A DNA stretch of 27,704 bases from NCBI GenBank assembly GCA_026026165.1, contig JAPEUD010000062.1, positions 124,001 through 151,704 of the forward strand. The letters run 5' to 3'. This DNA is from Sarea resinae (lineage: Eukaryota). The notes under the pieces are model-generated. The model was not told the DNA's origin. It made no database searches and saw nothing but the letters and a program-made list of their open reading frames with translations. Position numbers and translations under genes: made by a program. Below, piece by piece: positions 24,450 to 27,704 of the stretch. Positions within the stretch are counted from its first letter, which is position 1. Each line of letters begins with the position of its first letter.

Positions 24450-26441
24450 ATGGCAACGCCTCAATGTCTTGGCCGAACGAATGCATCGACACCTCTTTTT
24501 CGGTCTTCTTCTTTACTGCGAGCACGTTGCTTGGCACCAGTGGGGAGGTTGCGTCACGCCGCTGTCCCTGTCGCCCGTAGCTTCTCTTCAAGACCTCAGC
24601 CAGTCGCTTCTTCTCTAGTGCTGGCCGTTCCCAGGTAGGATCCAAATCAAGTCTGACATTCAACTGCCAGAAAGATTAAAAGAAGTCTCTACAGACACAA
24701 CCTTTCACCTCGCGGTGGATCATGGACAAGTCTAGGTCAACATCGTCACTATGGTCAGTATACAACTCGAGCCTCATACGTCTTGGTACTAACAGATGTA
24801 CCACAGCGGATAGAGTGGTCAAGGTTCCAGAAATGGCCGAGTCGATCTCGGAAGGGACTTTGAAACAGTGGTCAAAACGTGAGCTCTCTCGACACAGTGG
24901 CAGCCGGTACAACAGAGCTGAAACAGTATAGAAATTGGCGATTATGTTGAGCAGGATGAGGAAATTGCGACAATCGAGACCGACAAGGTATGGACGGGAC
25001 TTGGTCTTTTCGCTTTGTGTCATCTGCCTGATTCGACCTACAGATCGACGTCGCTGTCAACGCCCCTGAGGCCGGCACGATAAAAGAGTTTTTGGCAAAC
25101 GAAGAGGATACCGTAACGGTTGGTCAAGATTTGGTCAAGCTGGAGCTAGGGGGTGCCCCTGAGGGTGGCAAGGCAGAAGAGGGCAAACAAGAGCCCAAGG
25201 CCCCTGCTCCTGAGGAGCAGCCGACGTCGTCTCAACCTGAGTCGAAATCAAAGCAAGAAAGCACGCCGCCGCCGCCAACAGAGAAGCCTGAAGCCCAGCA
25301 GTCGAAGCCTGAGCCTTCGAAGAAGGAGCCCGCTGCTCCAAAGCCGTCAGATACGAAAAAGTCCGAGCCAAAGCCAAGCACCAATCCACCAGCGTACGGA
25401 AACCGTGAGGAACGGAGGGTATAATTTAGTCTTCCTTTTCATTGCAAGTCCTGGCTGCTAATGCAATCCTCAAGGTCAAAATGAACCGGATGCGTCTTCG
25501 GATTGCTGAACGTCTAAAGCAATCTCAAAACACGGCAGCGTCTCTAACAACCTTCAACGAAGTCGACATGTCCTCGCTCATGGAGTTTCGCAAGCTCTAC
25601 AAAGACGAGATCTTGAAGAAGACGGGCGTAAAACTTGGGTTCATGAGTGCTTTCTCGCGCGCCTCCATTCTCGCAATGAAGGATCTCCCTGCGGTCAATG
25701 GGTCCATTGAGGGCCCGAATGGTGGAGACACCATCGTATACAGAGACTACGTTGATATAAGTGTGGCTGTTGCGACGGAGAAAGGTCTTGTAACTCCGAT
25801 AGTCCGGAACGCAGAGTCTCTTGATATGGTGGGTATCGAGTCAGCGATCGCAGACTTGGGCAAGAAGGTCAGGACTCCCAATATCGACTATTCACTTCTG
25901 TATTGACGTTTTCCAGGCGCGCGACAACAAGTTGAGCATAGAGGACATGGCCGGTGGCACTTTTACCATAAGTAATGTAAGAACTCACTTGACCCAGAGC
26001 AATAGTGGTCGTACTGATACTGTTTCTGATTAGGGTGGTGTGTTCGGCTCTTTGATGGGTACCCCCATCATCAACTTGCCTCAGACAGGTACGTTTCCCC
26101 CAGCCCTTACTATGCTAAGTCAAATCTAACACGGAGTAGCTGTTCTTGGTCTCCATGCCATAAAGAACAAACCAGTTGCTGTCGATGGGAAGGTAGAGAT
26201 CAGGCCTGTGAGTATATCCGTTCGGACTATGTGTGGCGCTTGCTAACGTTTCAATCAGATGATGTATCTGGCTTTGACCTACGATCATCGTCTCCTGGAT
26301 GGCAGAGAGGCAGTGACTTTCTTGGTGAAGGTAAATGCTACCAGGCTACTGTCCTTGTGCTGCGAAGAGCCTACTAACATCTATGGTGATTCATAGGTTA
26401 AGGAATATATCGAGGATCCTCGTCGCATGCTCCTCGGCTGA
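24450..26441 (+). CDS. KGD2: Mitochondrial dihydrolipoamide succinyltransferase (E2 of 2-oxoglutarate dehydrogenase); exons 24450-24634, 24671(or 24695)-24753, 24807-24878, 24932-24987, 25044-25418, 25475-25867, 25917-25976, 26034-26088, 26140-26207, 26259-26330, 26397-26441
   Basis: R/S-rich presequence; lipoyl domain [15 protein letters not shown]...[19 protein letters not shown]-rich linker; catalytic domain [70 protein letters not shown]. The first two exons are less certain. Confidence 0.95.
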
Positions 26442-27061
26442 CTTTTTCCACGCAATCCCCAAGCGCTTTCATAGTCCTCGATGTATAGGCGGTTCGCAAT
26501 GAGATCACATAAATCATTTTCTGTACCATACTCCCGTACCTCTATATAGCATGATTTGTCTGAAGGTAGAAAAAGCAACTGATAATAGAAGTCTATTAGA
26601 ATCAAATATCTTAGGCTCCACACTCTAATATATAAGGTAGGTATATATGTATATATTAATTTAGCGGGATTCTAGCTTTTGTATCTAATCTATCTGCTAA
26701 TAATAATCTCTTATTAAGTTAGTGAAAAAGTATTTTATTATAAGGAGTGCTACACTATATCGTTAGTTTATACATAAGTATAATCTAGATAAGCCAGGTT
26801 ATAAAGACTTTTTATATATATAAAAAATCTATTACTATAAAATACTAGTTATTTAGTATTATTATTATTATTACATTTAGAGCTATTCTTTACAAGTAAT
26901 AATAACACATTAGTAAATAGCCTATATACATATAATAATATACTTACTTATAGAGATCTTTCTATTTATAATATAAAGAATATATATTAGTAATACTATA
27001 ACAATATAGTGCTAATATATATGTTAGAATTATAACCTTAATTCTATTTAAGTATCTAGAC

Positions 27062-27333
27062 TGTTACAGACTGTTATAAGATAGTATAGATATATCTAGA
27101 AGCTTCTACACACCTATAGAAGCTAATAGAATATAGTAGAAGCTAATAGAAAGTAGTAGAACCCTATAGAATCTTATAGAACTTCTATAACATAAGAGTT
27201 ATATAAATATCCTTTAACTTTCTTATAAAGCATATATTATTATTAGTTTATTGATTACAAATTACTTATGTAATTAGTTATATCTATATAATAACTGCCT
27301 TACACCTCTATAGCTAGAATCTCTAAGTTTATA
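27062..27333 (+). repeat. LTR-like repeat copy 1 (more heavily RIP-mutated)
   Basis: Starts TGTTAC, has a 10-bp nnnnnnTAGA tandem array (~27091-27180) and TATAAA at 27224, and ends GTTTATA (RIP version of GTTCACA). Aligns to the reverse complement of 27405-27660. The left boundary is uncertain. Confidence 0.65.
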
Positions 27334-27404
27334 TGTTAGAAGGTAGCACAAAGATATAAGTAGAGGAAGGTGCTAAAGAAGTATAGTATAGAATAATTGT
27401 GTAT

Positions 27405-27704
27405 TGTGAACTTAGAGATTCTAGCTATAGAGGTGTAAGGCAGTTAATATATAGACTTAACTAACTTGCTAGAAACTTCTAGTGATAACTTATTACATAA
27501 GTGATTTATAAGCAATAAGCTAACAATGACATAGGCTTTATAAGAAAGTCAGGAGATAGTTGTGTAACCCTTATGTTATAGAGTTCTATAGATATCTAAG
27601 AGATTCTATAGACTTCTAGATAGTTCTAGAACATTCTAGAAGGTTCTAGAAGGTTCTAGATGCTTAGTCAGCATATAGTGATGCTTAGTCAGCATACCTA
27701 TAGA
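27405..27704 (-). repeat. LTR-like repeat copy 2 (inverted, runs off the right edge)
   Basis: The reverse complement ends ...CTAAGTTCACA at 27405, has TATAAA at 27542-27537 and a TTCTAGAAGG-type 10-mer array, and is homologous to copy 1. Confidence 0.7.

Larger units (their letters stand above)
26600..27704. mobile_element. AT-rich, RIP-mutated transposon-relic region
   Basis: Abrupt shift to very high AT and TpA content with depletion of CpA/TpG and no ORFs. Contains related repeat copies that differ mainly by C>T/G>A changes. Confidence 0.8.

Noticed and set aside
27091..27180. Periodic repeat as a CRISPR-like array
   Set aside because: These are 10-bp tandem units without spacers, in a eukaryotic context.

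Overview
This is a fungal (filamentous ascomycete, Pezizomycotina-type) nuclear window with short GT-AG introns. It holds nine spliced housekeeping genes: the 5' part of the 1,3-beta-glucan synthase FKS1 (-, running off the left edge), head-to-head with a GPI-anchored GH72 Gas/Gel glucanosyltransferase (+); a GCNA/SprT-like metalloprotease (+); a JJJ1/DNAJC21 J-protein (+); an SQS1-like R3H/G-patch protein with a chromodomain-like segment (-); ATG4 (+); a divergent histone H2B/H2A pair; and KGD2 (+). The right end (~26.6-27.7 kb) is an AT-rich, RIP-type degenerate repeat region. It contains two inverted LTR-like copies, one carrying a perfect heat-shock-element array and two AP-1/Yap1-like sites. 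I found no convincing novel multi-gene system. The most notable signals are non-coding or domain-level: the stress-element-laden inverted repeat, MCB-like sites clustered in both histone first introns, a TACGGAGTA motif restricted to long promoters, a GAG splice acceptor in ATG4, and the chromo-like domain in SQS1. Exon boundaries were inferred by hand.
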